64,000 nucleotides of DNA from NCBI RefSeq assembly GCF_032191835.1, contig NC_083229.1, positions 43,524,001 to 43,588,000 on the forward strand, read 5' to 3'. This DNA is from Heteronotia binoei. Its lineage: Eukaryota. The translations under genes were made by a program, and so were the position numbers. Under the pieces are notes generated by a model. That model saw only the letters and a program-made list of their open reading frames with translations, did not search any database and was not told the DNA's origin. Shown here piece after piece: positions 21,731-34,402 of the stretch. Each line of letters begins with the position of its first letter. Position 1 is the stretch's first letter.

Positions 21731-23103
21731 AGTGTGGAACCCAAGGCAAAGAAAAATCTTGGTGCAGAAGCAGCCATTTGCAGATTTCATCTATGTCTTC
21801 AAAAGGCCTTGCTATATTTCTGGAAGGCCTCTGGCCTGTGACTCTGAATTAGTCTTACTAAGTGCAACAATGTTGCTCCAAATAACTGGGTCTGAGCTTT
21901 GCAGCCTAATTTTGAGCCCTGAAACAATCCATTCACTGCATTCAATTATTTGGCAGTGGCAGAACTGAAAGGCATCTATCTGTAAATAGTTATCTTGAAT
22001 CAAAAAGACGGCAATCTAGAGAGGACCATTTTTAAAAAATACAAAGGAAAACAGAGAGTGGGGAATTTGTCTAAAGCCCCTAAAGTAACAGTATCCTTGG
22101 AGTATTAGGTTTGGGGAATGTATGACTATTTGTCCTAGGTTGAGGATGCTATAGGCTTTTAAGGACTCTGATGACTTTGGAGCTAAAAGGGCATCAGAAC
22201 CTTATTCATTACCCCCATTTGAACTCTGGTATCATGCAGTAAGTAACATTAGGATTGAGAAGCATAGCCAAATACTTCTTTCCGGTGCTATACCATTCTG
22301 ATACAAGGCAACATAGGCAACTTCCTGCTCCTCTAGTTCTGAGGCCCGTAATTGCACTGCAGCACTAGACTTATTTCTGAGGTTCAGAGGTAAGGAAACA
22401 GGGAACTACTGGTCATCTAGTCCAAAATCTCAGAAGAATCTTATTACTGAACCACTTATCCTGTTTATTTTATTTATTTCAGTTTGCTAGGCTGCCCTTC
22501 CCTGCAAGCTTCCCTGCAAGCAGCACATCAAAACCAAATGCATACACATAAAATTAAAATAACATTAAATACCTTACAATAACTCATCCAAACAAACAAT
22601 ATTAAATCCTATATTCAAGATGACAGTTATATCAGTATCCTGTCCATGCAATTCCTTGTGGGTCTCTACTTGTTATTACTGCTACCATTTCTTTTATACA
22701 CTGTTAAATTGTGAATGTGACAACCATTTCAACTTGTTTTTTTAAAATCTTTTACACCCTTATAGATTCAATATAAAGTCTGTACATATTTTTGTAACAT
22801 ATTAAAATATCTAGCAACTGGGGTGGGATACAAGTCTTTGTAAATAAATAACAGCAAAAGAAATGACACACTCCTAGATTTTTAGTATAGTTCCGGGTGC
22901 CTGTCCATCTGCCCAACATATGTTAGGGAAATTAAGTGCCCCACCTGATAGGGTTACACTTCCAATGACAAGGACTGAAAGCACTGCCTTGAAATCTCTA
23001 ATCTTCAGATAAGGTATCTTGATGACACAGTGCTGCAAGCATCTGTCTAATTGCTGTCCAGGGGAAAAAATGCAAAAGGACAGCCCCAAGGCTCCCAGAG
23101 GGC

Positions 23104-23196
23104 TACAGTGCAGTTCTAAGCAGAGGTACCTCTTTCTAAGTCAATTGAAGTCAGCAGGCTTAGAAGATTGTAACTCTGTTTAGGATGGCACTGTCA
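23104..23196. repeat. about 90-bp palindromic MITE-like repeat
   Basis: acagtgcagttctaagcagag...ctctgtttaggatggcactgt is self-complementary. Related copies at about 4190-4255, 24160-24242 and 49700-49765. Confidence 0.6.
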
Positions 23197-23518
23197 TGAT
23201 GAGTCCTGTTCTTTGAAGCTTTTCTGACATCAGGAGAACAATGTAACCTTAAATGATGTGGATTAGAATGTTTCCAAGGGCACTGGCCTGCAGAATGGGA
23301 CCACTGCACTCCTATCTCCACACACCCCCAATACAAAAGGTTCCACACACACAGTGTGGTTTCTCCAACAATGCTGCTGCGGTTGGAATTAAACTGCCAA
23401 CTTTCTTCTTCAGACCTATAATTACATTGATATTTTAAAAATACTTAATTGAATATTAAAACTTAATTGAATAAAGGAAACAAGTAGCCTTGCTGCATTG
23501 TATAATTGTGTGAAACCC

Positions 23519-23834
23519 AAAGGAAAGGAAAGGTCTTCTGTGCAAGCACCAGTTGTTTCCAACTCTGGGGTGATGTTGCTTTCACAATGTTTTGACGGCA
23601 GACTTTTTATGGGGTGGTTTGCCATTGCCTTCCCCAGTCATCTACACTCCCCCCCCCCCCCCCCGCCCAGCAAGTTGGGTACTCATTTTACTGACCTCGG
23701 AAGGATGGAAGGCTGAGGCAACCTCAAGCTGGCTATCCGAAAACAACCCAGCTTCCACTGGAAATCGAACTCAGGTCGTGAGCAGAGCTTTGGACTGCAG
23801 TACTGCAGCTTTAACACTCTGTTCCATGGGGCTC
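23519..23834 (-). mobile_element. Sauria (Squam1)-type SINE
   Basis: Same family as 7327-7606. Confidence 0.85.
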
Positions 23835-24534
23835 ATGAGAAACCCAAAAGAGCTTGTCAAATAACTGAAATATTAACTGAATTGGGATATTTTCCTACAA
23901 CCCAGAAAGTATATTTTTGTTGACATGAATCTGTAAATTTCTTCTGCAAGTGAAAACTGTGTGTCAAAATACTACATTTTTACACTTTCAACTTTTCCAT
24001 ACACTCTAGTAGATTTGTGGGATATGGTTACTTAGTACCAGAGAAAAAGACAGTAGCATAAAGCCAAGCAGGAATACCTGAAAAAGACTAAGCACAAATT
24101 CACAACAGGCTCCAGCCAAAATGTGCTTAAACTTAATTGATTTTTCAGTAGGTAAAATCTACAGTGTGGCAGAGTTACACCCTTCAAAGACCAATCACAT
24201 CAATGAACTTGGAAGAATATGACTCTGTCTAGCATTGCACAGCTAAATATTTAACGCTCCCTCTGAAATCAATGGGCCATACAGCCCATTCATTAAAAAA
24301 ATATCCTCCTTAATGAGGTTTATTCCCAATAAGTACAGCCTTAGTACTCACATTCTGTGGTCAAGGCAAGCACCTGCAACCAGTGTGCACAACCATGCAC
24401 TGGAAAACTAGGTGCTGATCATGAAATAGGGTTCAGAAATGCTAGATGCAGGGTAAAGCAAGCCCTGGCCTGGATAGATCCAGGCAAGCTGGATCTTGTC
24501 AGATCTTAGAAGCTAGAAGGTTGGCCCTGGTCTT

Positions 24535-24728
24535 ATCGGGCTGTCAGCCTCTGCGTCAGGTGGGGCCTGGAGATCTCCTGCATTTACAACTGATCTCCAG
24601 CTGGCAAAGATCAACTCCCCTGGAGAGAATGGCCGCTTTGTACCATGCTGAGGCCCCTCCCCAAGCTCCACCCTCTCCTGGATCTACCCCCAAAACCTCC
24701 AGATGTTTTCCAAAACAGACCTGGCAAC
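24535..24728. mobile_element. hAT-type MITE (TAGGGTTGCCA family), partial
   Basis: ggagatctcc...acaactgatctccag...cccctggagagaatggc...ctggcaac end. Related copies at about 28418-28600 and 32720-33190. Confidence 0.65.
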
Positions 24729-24729
24729 A

Positions 24730-25012
24730 AAGAAGAAGATGATGATATTGGATTTATATCCCGCCCTGCACTCCGAAGAGTCTCAGAGCGGCTCACAATC
24801 TCCTTTACCTTCCTCCCCCACAACAGACACCCTGTGAGGTGGGTGGGGCTGGAGAGGGCTCTCACAGCAGCTGCCCTTTCAAGGACAACCTCTGCCAGAG
24901 CTATGGCTGACCCAAGGCCATGCAAGCAGGTGCAAGTGGAGGAGTGGGGAATCAAACCCAGTTCTACCCAGATAAGAGTCCGCACATTTAACCACTACTC
25001 CAAACTGGCTCT
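24730..25012 (-). mobile_element. Squam3-like tRNA-derived SINE, full length
   Basis: The reverse complement begins AGAGCCAGTTTGGAGTAGTGG...GGTTTGATTCCC and ends in a tct/tca microsatellite tail. Confidence 0.85.
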
Positions 25013-25489
25013 TCAGGAATATTAGTGCCGTGACCCAGAGGCAGGCAATGGCAAACTAATTCCAACTCTGAACTCTCTTGCCTTGAAAACCCCAGGGGGT
25101 CGCCATAAGTCAGCTATGGCTTGACAGCACTTCCCGCCACCACCAGGGCAAGGGAAATCTCAGAGCCCTTCAGCAGAGAGCGGACCCTTGTTTCTCAAAG
25201 ATCTCCTCAACGAGGGCCATATTGTAAGAACCCTAAGATACCGATGCCTTAGGTGTGTCAGAGCATTAGCCATGTTTTTTGCAGTTGTGGCGCGTCTCTT
25301 TCTGCAAAGCTACACTATTTTAATATTAAATGAGGAAAGTTCCTTGAAATACAGAACAGGTGGCAAGCCGAGGAATAGCAGACACTGTACAAGGCCGAAG
25401 GATTGCAAATACTATTCCAGCTCACTGAGTGCATATGTAATTATATTATTCTCTCTCTCCCGCTCCACAATATTTACTGTATACCAATA

Positions 25490-26480
25490 TAGCGCATTCC
25501 TCCCTCCCCCGCCTTCGGCTCAACTTTTCAGAGACGGAGCCGAGCAGGAAGCACTTCCTCCGCGCCCCTCCCCCTCTCCATTGATCAACTTGTACCTTGG
25601 AGATAGCCTTGGCGAGCCTTTCCCTCCCCCCCCCCACCCCCGGCTGCCGCCAGCTTCTCTCGCCTCTTTCCTCCGTTTGTCCCTCTCCCCTCCCCCCCTC
25701 GCCACTGCCTTGTGACACGCACATTGTGGGAGTGTGTGTGTGGATAGGGGGCTCTTCGCTTGCCAGCTTCTGGCTGCTCCCTACTGCAGTAGTCATGGCT
25801 GCGGATGGGGTGGATGAACGCTCCCCTTTGCTGTCAGCCCCCGGCTCGGGCAATGTCACGCCTACCGCACCGCCGTATTTTCCAGAAAGCAGCCCTAGAG
25901 GTAAGAGTAGGGAAGCGGCCCCCTCCCCCCCAACACCCGCTGCCCCTGGAAGCTTCTCCCCAGCGACCCTCCTTTTTGCTGGTATCGCCTCTTGGCTTTC
26001 GTTTCTAACTTAAGGAGGACGGATGGCGGGGAGAAGGGCGTATTGTTGATGCCTTGTCGGTAGCCACGTTAGAGGATTTTATGCCATTGCAGGGGTTTCC
26101 CCGGCGTCTCAGTAAGAGGAGAAAGTGTTTGTGTGGGCGGGGGAGTTTGCAGTGTGTGTCTCCCCCCCCCCCCCCGTGTGCATTGTTAATGGCAGGGAAA
26201 GAATCGATCGTGCAATCTATCACACTTCTTGTTCTTCGGGGTGTGTGTGTCCGGCTTTGGCGAAAATTTGAGGGGGGGGAGGGCGAGCATTTCCTGAGCA
26301 CATGGCTCTCGTGTCCTTGAAGGAAGGGTTGAGCTCTGGGGATTTAACTCTGCATTGCTTCTCATTTTTCCCCTCCCCCAATTCTGCTGAATCAGGGGGC
26401 TTTCTGGGAGGGGGGGGAGACTTAGTCCCTCCGACGCCCTAACACACACGCGGGGGGGGGGGCGGCGTGCATATCTTCTG
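25490..26480 (+). promoter_or_regulatory. CpG/GC-rich promoter and first-exon region of PIP4P2
   Basis: CpG density is visibly higher than in the flanks. GC boxes and opposed ETS cores (caggaagcacttcctcc, about 25544-25561) lie upstream of the ATG. Confidence 0.7.
25795..25900 (+). CDS. PIP4P2: PIP4P2 (TMEM55A) coding exon 1
   Basis: gtcATGG start; [35 protein letters not shown]; donor gtaaga; 106 nt. Confidence 0.97.
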
Positions 26481-28040
26481 TGCATTTCAGGCAGCGGCTT
26501 TCTCCTTGTTCTTAGTTAAAAATCCATCTTGCGGCTGGGTAGGGATGCAGGGTTGGTTTGAACTGCACATGAAATGCAAAATTGACTGTAAAGTCTAACA
26601 TTTATGCTAGTGCTTACCAAGAAGGCAGGATGAATTTCTAAATAAGACTCGACAAGGCTCAGATTGCCTTCTTGCTGACCTGGAAGCACCCCCGTTCCTA
26701 GATGCCTGTGGGTTGGTTGATTCTGGTTGGAAGGCACTCTGCATGTGCTCCAATAAACTTTAGTTTATTAGTGTCTCATATGATCCAAACAGCTTTTGGT
26801 GTAAGGGTGATTGTCCCTTTTCATTCTGGCCTGGTGCTTGCCCCTGTGAATGATGCATCTTACTGTCCTCGAGATGTAAATCTACTTTGCCTTTTGCTGA
26901 AACTTTGTGGTTGGCTATCAAAGTCAATTTGGGTGGTAAAAGACTAGGACAGGCTCAGTCCTCCCTGTAATATGGGATAAGAAGGGTCTGAATGCCTGGT
27001 GGATTCTTAGGCCTCTTGACAAGCCAGGCCTAATATTAGCTGCAATTTAGACAAACCTCTTTGAGGTTCCAAAATAGTAGATCGTGATAAGAAGGGTCAT
27101 GCTACTGGCAATTGTGTTGAGGCTCTGATTTGAACAGAAGTTAAAAAAAATTAGTAAAGTGTTTTGAAACTGTCAAGCAGACTTGAAACAGCCAACTCAT
27201 AATGTTCAATTAACATGTTAGGACTCAAAAGGTAATTTGCTGTTTCAATTAGAAGTTATGTTAAATCCAGTTGTGGTTAAACTCAAGTTGTGTTAAAGGA
27301 AGCAGAGTGGATTGATTTTTTAAAAAAGTGGTTTAAATCCTTGATTTGCATCAATTTTTCCATCTTTGAAGTGACGCAGACTGTTTCAGGGGGATAGCTG
27401 TCTTAGTTTATAGTAGCAGAACAAAATTCAAGACCAGTAGTAGTACTTACAGACCAATAACGTTTTTCAGGGGATAAGCTTTCCTGAGTTTCATTACAGT
27501 ACTCAGGTTAATCTAAGCACTAACTCATGTTCATCCTACAACTAAATAAAGCAGTTACACTACCTAGGTGGGTATACAGCTTTCCAGTGTTGCTTTATGA
27601 TAGATTCTGCTCCGTGTCTTATATTAATCTCTTTTCCAGATTCCTCCCCAGAAACATGAAGTAACTAAAAACCTAAAATTTTTGCTCATTGCAGCTGACG
27701 AGCCTTTCTTTGTACATGTCTTTGTTTAGAGATAACTCAGGGCACAGGACTTTCAAGAACAAGGACTGGTTGTTTATTTTCACAGGATAAAAGGAAAATG
27801 TCCTAGAGAGTAAATCCGAAGCTGGAGAATGAAACAAGCAGCAAAGTTCAGGTTCTCAGTGTGAAAATGTGAGGGCAAAAGATCACCAAAGTCAGTAGAG
27901 GAAACAAGCATAATAAACAGGATGGTATCTGGAGACAGAGCCCAGCCCCTAGTGCCAGTCATGACTTACCAACCCTTAACCCCGAGTATCAGACCCATCA
28001 TGAAAATACAGACCATGAACAATTGTGCTACATGTAATAA

Positions 28041-28160
28041 TAAAGGTAAAGGTAGTCCCCTGTGCAAGCACCAGTTGGTTTCGACTCTGGGGTGACGTTG
28101 CTTTCACAACGTTTTCACGGCAGACTTTTTACAGGGTGGTTTGCCATTGCCTACCCCAGT
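28041..28160 (-). mobile_element. Sauria-type SINE, 5'-truncated
   Basis: taaaggtaaaggtagtcccctgtgcaagcacc tail and body. Confidence 0.8.
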
Positions 28161-31100
28161 AATAATACTTGACCTCTAAACAGTATTTTCCCCAAGGATC
28201 TTTATTCTCTTTAGAAGCAGACTTTCAGTGTGTTTGACAGGGCATTGCTAATTTGGTTTTGAGAGATTATATGTGTTTCTGCATCTCCTATTCTGATTTA
28301 ATTTTAACCAGGTTACTTAAAATGATAGCAATTTATTTAAAATTTTAGTTTATATTTTAAAATGTTATGGGGTGGTTACTTCTGCCACTTCCCCCTTGTT
28401 TGTAGCTATCCTGCTTCAGGTTGCCAACTACAGCTTGGGAAATGTCTGGAGATTTGGGGGTGGAGCCCTGGTGACAGTGGGGTTTGGTGATGGGAGGGAC
28501 CTCAGTGAGGTATAATGCCATAGTGTCCACCCTCCAAAACAACCATTTCCTCCAAAAGAACTGATCTCTGTAGTCTGGAGATCAGGTGATCCAGAGGAGT
28601 TAGCTACCATGTATCAGACAAAGAGAGCTGTGTTTCACAAAAGCTTATGCTATAATAAAATTTGATAGTCTTAAAGGTGCTACACTCTTTACTGTTTTGG
28701 AGATCAGCTGTGATTCTGTCCAGGGTCCACCTGGAGACTGGCAATGCTAATTCCTGTTGGTATGTATTAGGACACAGAGGGAACCTGTGGCCTGCAACAG
28801 AACTCCAGCTGAGGGAAATGAAGTTACCCATACAACCTTCAACCAATGAAGATGAACAAAACCATTTTAGGCCTTTAGTAAGAGATGGATATAGAAAATA
28901 AATATTGGCTGTGCAAGCCAGCAAAATTTAAGTACTTTTAAATTCTTTTAAACTCAGTGAGGGAGAGTTGGATATATGCTTAAAGCTTTCCGATTGAAAT
29001 ATGTGAGACTTAAAAGTACTTAACTTTGGTTGGGATCTTGGTAATTTGACAGGTCAAATAATCAAAAGCTTTATTATTTATTATGGAAGCAATGAACCAA
29101 CTTAATTTTAAGTCGAAAGTGCATAAAATTTAGGCACACAAAGTATACACAAAATGAGTAAAGAGTATCTGTGAAATGAGATATCAGCTGTACGAAACAG
29201 TGATGACAGTCCTCCAGGGATAGTAACTTCTTTGTACACATAGCCATGCTGATCTAGCAGATTCATGTGTAATGAGTGTGCAGTGCACAGAAGGCCTTCC
29301 CAACTCATGTCAATAGGAGAGATGTTTTGCATAGTCAGGTGAACATGCTGCTCTGGCAGACAAGTAGGGAAACCTGAGCAAATGTGAATTCCTTAGAGGC
29401 AGCAAAGCTTTGCAAATTGAGTTAGCTTTGTGTGCACAGTTGCACAACCACAGATTGGCAAACTCTGGTTTGTGGGTTCCCCTTTGAACTATTCTAATCC
29501 AGTTTCAAACCATGGTTAGCTGGTTTTGATGTAACAGCAAATTTATGGTTTGTGTGAAGCTGGAAGAAGAACATACATGCAAGTGGATTAGTGTTGTGTC
29601 TGAACCATCCCTGCAGCTGGCCAGGGTCATCCCATGAGGTTTGTGGGAAAGCACAGATTTGATTCAAAGCCTGGCTACTCCCAAGCTCACCATCTCTACA
29701 CTGGGTGGGACTGTTTTCTAGCTCTCCTGGTTTAACACTAACTCCAGGACTGGAGTTGTTCTGCTTTCAGTTGCCTGATGTAACTCCTGCCTGAAGGCCT
29801 TATGAGTGAGCTGACTTTATGTGCAACTTTCAGCCTGTATGGTTTTCCAACAGTCCTGAAAATAGAAGCTGTTTTCTTGCTAGACAATAGCCTCTTTGTA
29901 CATTTTGGAAATATTAAATTATTGATCTACATTGCTAATTATATACAAAATAAAAACTCTGAAATGTGTTACTAGTGACCACAGGTTTGTTTAGATTTTT
30001 TGCTTTTACAAAAACTCAAAATGAAACAAATGAAGCTTTTAGAAATTTCTGCTCACCCATACCGAAGCTCTGTGATCAAGGCCACATTTTCTGTAGTAAT
30101 TTCAAATTCTCTAAGTCGTGAATGTTTCCAGTGGCCTTGATTGCAGAAGTCTTCTCTTTGTGCGCCCCAGTAATGAGATTGCTAATTACTTTAATGGATG
30201 TGTGTTGGTGTCTGCATACAGATGCCAATCTGGGTTCAGTCAAGTATCCTTTTCTAGTGCTGCAGTTAGTGTAATGGGGTTTGTCTTGTCATAAGAAAGG
30301 GCTTGTCTGAATGTGTGTTTTATGCAGACAAAGAGACCACTGAAAATCATGCATCTTCCTGCATTTTAGTGTTCCTTTGTATGTTATGAGGTAAGATAAT
30401 AAATGGATAGGGGCTGACTTTTAACCAGTGGTACTCACTTCATGAGTCCCAGACAGCCCTATTTGCAGTTATCATCATCCAAACTTCCATCCTTGCCAAG
30501 AGGCCTGCACCTCAGACAAGTTCACACTTCACCCATTCCTTTGGAAGTGCCTGTTTCAAGGTGAGAACTACTAGCTTACCAAGCAAGGGTCCTGCCCATT
30601 TTCCTGAAACATGGCGGCAGGTGCCACAATGGGGAGCAGTGTTCAGAAGAGCCACAACTACATGTCCAAGAGTCACATGCAACTCCCAAGCAACTGAGTA
30701 TCATTGCTCTTAACTATCCACAGCTGCAGCAAGTGGCAGAGAATGGAAACTGTACCTTCATGTGATAATGGTTTCAGTACATTAGTAAATTATATTAAAA
30801 ATGATTCAGCAATATCCAGCTAAGATACAAGAATCTACAAAGCATACAGGATTGTGAAGAACAGCTGAGCCCCTACAAGGAAAGTTATCAAATATTTATA
30901 TAGAGTGTAAATAATAGTTCTGCATAAAAAATGTAAAGTTTAATATTAAAGAAACTGTGAAATTATGAGGGCAATAGGAGATTATTTTACTTCTGTGGAA
31001 GAGGTAAAACTACAGGGTATACTGGTCTCTAGGCAGCCTGCCAAGCAGTGGAGCTGATGCTTATTTACAATTGCCGAATTGAGTGATTTTCTTGGTTTTC

Positions 31101-31334
31101 AGAGAGCATCTAATTTATATGGGACAGATGGGTTAAAAATGCATCACTTCTGATTAGGATTGCTAGCCCCATCCCCCAGCAGCAGATCCCCTGCCTCTTC
31201 TTCCAAACACTGCTCCAAGCAGCAGTGGGAGACCATCAGGGAAAACCTGAAAGTGACATCAGTTGGCTTTTGGAATCTCTGGAAAGTCATGATTGTACCA
31301 GAGAGTTCCTGTCATTTCCTAGAGAGGTGTGATG

Positions 31335-31450
31335 TCATAGAATCACAGAATTATAGAATTGGGACTGTCAGGGTCATCTAGCCCAACCCCCTGCACAATG
31401 TAGGAATCTCACAAATACCTCCCCGTAAGTTCATAGAATCAGCATTGCAG
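31335..31450 (-). mobile_element. CR1 LINE 3' remnant
   Basis: catagaatca...ggtcatctagcccaaccccctgc; reverse complement of the ATTCTATG-type tail. Confidence 0.6.
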
Positions 31451-34186
31451 TAAAGTTTGGCAAAGATTGGATTTAGAGTGTCTTGAGTTATAGCTCCCCA
31501 AAGCAGGTGCCCCCAGGAAAGCTTAGCTTCAGTTCTCATTAACAACTCTTCAGGCTGCAGATTGGGAGCTCTGTGACTGGCTCCTGGAGATGCCAATCAA
31601 GCTATGGGCAACTGCTATGGGTATTTCTAGGGGTCCCAGAAGTCCATCCCCACTGTTGCCTAGCAATTGACTGAATCAGCGCCAGGATGTCTGGGAAAAT
31701 GAACTGCAAAAATGAAACAAAGCACCATGGTCAGAAGTTCAAAATGATCCACAAATTGGCACAGTTTGCAGACGAATTGCAAATTTGTGGTTTGGTTCAT
31801 GCCCATGCCTACTGTGGAACTCTAACAAGTCCTGCAGGGCCCTGATCTCAGACAGGAATTCATTCCACCAGGGATAAGAGAAGGACAAAAAGGATAGCTG
31901 AGGGTAACATGGAAAAACAGGTAGGGAGGCTTAGATGAAGAAGCGTTTGGTAGTAGGGCTGCTGAGAAGGAACAAAAATATATGGAGACCCCTATGACTA
32001 GCCACCTTAAGAGTTATTTTGTTAAGTCTGCAAGTATAATTAGTTTATTTATTATACTAACGTTATTAACAATTGTACTAATTATTTATTGAACTACCAA
32101 TTATGAGTAAAAAAGGTAATTTTACTTTTTCAGTAGTAAAGGGTGGCACCTGTTGACTTTTATGTATGTATGGACAACTCACAAGCTACATGATTTCAGC
32201 AGCTTTTTCCACACTGGGGAAGATGAAAAGTTTTCAAAGTTTGGGATCAGTACTTAGACTTTGCACAAAGAAGCCAATGAATTCTTCCATGTGCTTTCTT
32301 TCAGTGCAGGTGCCCATGTGATAAAACAGATTTTAAAAGATTGTTTTAGAACTTGTTAATTTGATTCAGCATTTGTTTGTTTACAGGGGCAGGGGATTTC
32401 CCGTTCCTTGTGCTGTAGTATTGTCAGCCACTGTAGACACATTCAAATATGTAGTTCAGTTTCATTTTAAAAAATTACATGGTTGTGTCCTTGAACTGGA
32501 CACTTTTCTCTTCTCCCCTTGCTGGATACTTGGGACACTTTTTTCTTCTCTCCTTGCTAACCTAGAGGCAGATGAGACATGAAAAAAATGTCATGTGGCT
32601 GCAGAACTTACTGTCAGCTGCTTTGGGTGCTAAGCATCAAGATACTATCCAACCACCTCTCATTCACAGAAGAAACAGATCAGAAGACTGGTGTACTCTT
32701 AAAAAAAACCAGTCATGACTAGAGTTGCCAGGTCCAACTCAGGAAATATCTGGGAACTTTGGGGGTGGAGCCAGGATACTTTGGGGGTGGAGCTAGGCTG
32801 TGACAAGCAGGATTGATTTTCAAAGAGAGTTTTGGCCATCGTATTTAAAGAGACTTTCTTTTAAATGCTTTCCCTCTATTGGAAATAGAGGATGGTAGGA
32901 CCTTCTTTTGAGGCTCAAACAATTTAATCCCCGGTCCAATCATTTTGAAACTGGGGGGGGGGGGGGGGGGGTTGAGGAGAGGCACCAGATGCTATGCTGC
33001 AAATTAGGTGCCTCTACCTTAAAAAATAGCGCCCCCCCCTCGGAGTCCCAGATAACCACAGATCAATTCTCTATTTTAGGGTGCCCAGCAGACATTCCCT
33101 CCCCCCCCCCGCTTTCACATAACCATGACCCCGGGGGTGGGGGGAGGGCCTTCAAACCAGGGAATCCTTCCTCCAACTGGAGATTAAGCAACTTTATGAC
33201 CTAACGTCACACTGCTTCTGTGTAAACCTTGCAGAATCTGCCTGCATCTTCCCTTCTCAGAGTGCTTCAGACCATCACAAGAGAATAGTTACTTGACCGT
33301 AGGAAGCACTACACAGCTTGAGGTGCCCCTGTATGACCTCAAAATGAACATAATCCTGCTTGGATGTTAACAGCATGTGCTCCTGTTCCTAAAAGGTGTG
33401 ACTGTTAATGGAAGTAAGATACAACTTCCCAAATAACCACAACAAAAATACTAGTTTGTTTATTTTATTATGAAAGTGGTCAGGCTGCTCATGCTTAAAT
33501 GGATGTTGGCTATGAATTCTTGCTTCCTACCCCAAGGCCAGCTATTCAAATGTAAAAATAGAGATAAGGCACTGTCAAGTTTGTTAAATGTTCAGTGTTT
33601 TTAACTGCTTAGGCACAATCTCGGCACATGGAACTGCATTGAAGGCATAACAAGAGATGATTGCTAGTTAACCATATTCTGTTTTTAATCTGCTTACATC
33701 TTGTTTAAGAAGAGGGCAATGTTTTTGACACACAGTGGCAGTCCCAGCATTTCAGGCAAGTAGTACAATTGAACAGAACTAAATGATGCTATTTGTTTCG
33801 ATTTTCCAAAGTAATCTTGAGTTTAAACTTGAGCTGACATTCAGATATGGAAGGAGGTGGAGAAACTACAGCAAGGATGTCCATTCTTTTTGAGTCTGTG
33901 GGCAATTTCTGGATTTTGAGAACAGATGGGTTCTCATAAAATGATGGTCAAGATGAGGTTGAGGCATGGCCAACCTTAGAATGATTGCCATGAAGCCTAA
34001 AGGTACTCATAAAATGTTGGGAGTTTCCAATCAAAGCATTTTCCTTTGAATGAGGGAGTTGTTTCCAAATAAAAGTTCCTTGCAGACATAAATGTGACAC
34101 CTGGTAGATTCTTCTGAAAAATCTCTTTTGAGGCAGACCAAAGCAAGAATTGACTCCTTGCTTGGGTGAAAAGGAAGTAGATGCCA

Positions 34187-34402
34187 AGAGCCAGTGTGGT
34201 ATAGCAGTTAGACTGTTGGAGACTCTAAGTCAAAAACTCTGCTCTGTTGTGGAAGCTCACTGGGTGACCAGCCACACACTCTCAGCCTAATCTACTTGAC
34301 AGGGTTGTTGTGAAGATAAAATGGAAGAAAAAGAAATGATGTAAGTTGCTTTGAGTCCCCATTGGGGGAAAAAAAGCACAATATAAATGAAGTAAATAAA
34401 TA
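34187..34402 (+). mobile_element. Squam3-like SINE (older subfamily)
   Basis: agagccagtgtggtatagcagttag...tctcagcctaatctac...cagggttgttgtg...aataaata tail. Confidence 0.7.

Larger units (their letters stand above)
24462..25144 (+). mobile_element. 5S rRNA-derived SINE interrupted by a hAT MITE and a Squam3-like SINE
   Basis: The head 24462-24531 resembles 5S rRNA (gatcttgtcagatcttagaagcta...ggttggccctggt). The body resumes at about 25013 (ggaata...gaggcaggcaatggcaaac...cttgccttgaaaaccc...gtcgccataagtcag). Confidence 0.65.

Noticed and set aside
8740-22000. Host exon interrupted by the Maverick (frames stay open across the reconstructed empty site)
   Set aside because: None of the three joined translations resembles a known protein and no convincing splice sites bracket it.
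1-25500. Exons of the expected upstream neighbour OTUD6B
   Set aside because: No recognisable OTUD6B coding sequence is seen in the window. The OTU-like motif at 15269-15961 belongs to the Maverick pPolB.
25446-26485. Several 60-140 aa ORFs around PIP4P2 exon 1
   Set aside because: Expected in GC-rich, stop-poor promoter DNA. Only the 106-nt exon matches the known protein and splice phase.
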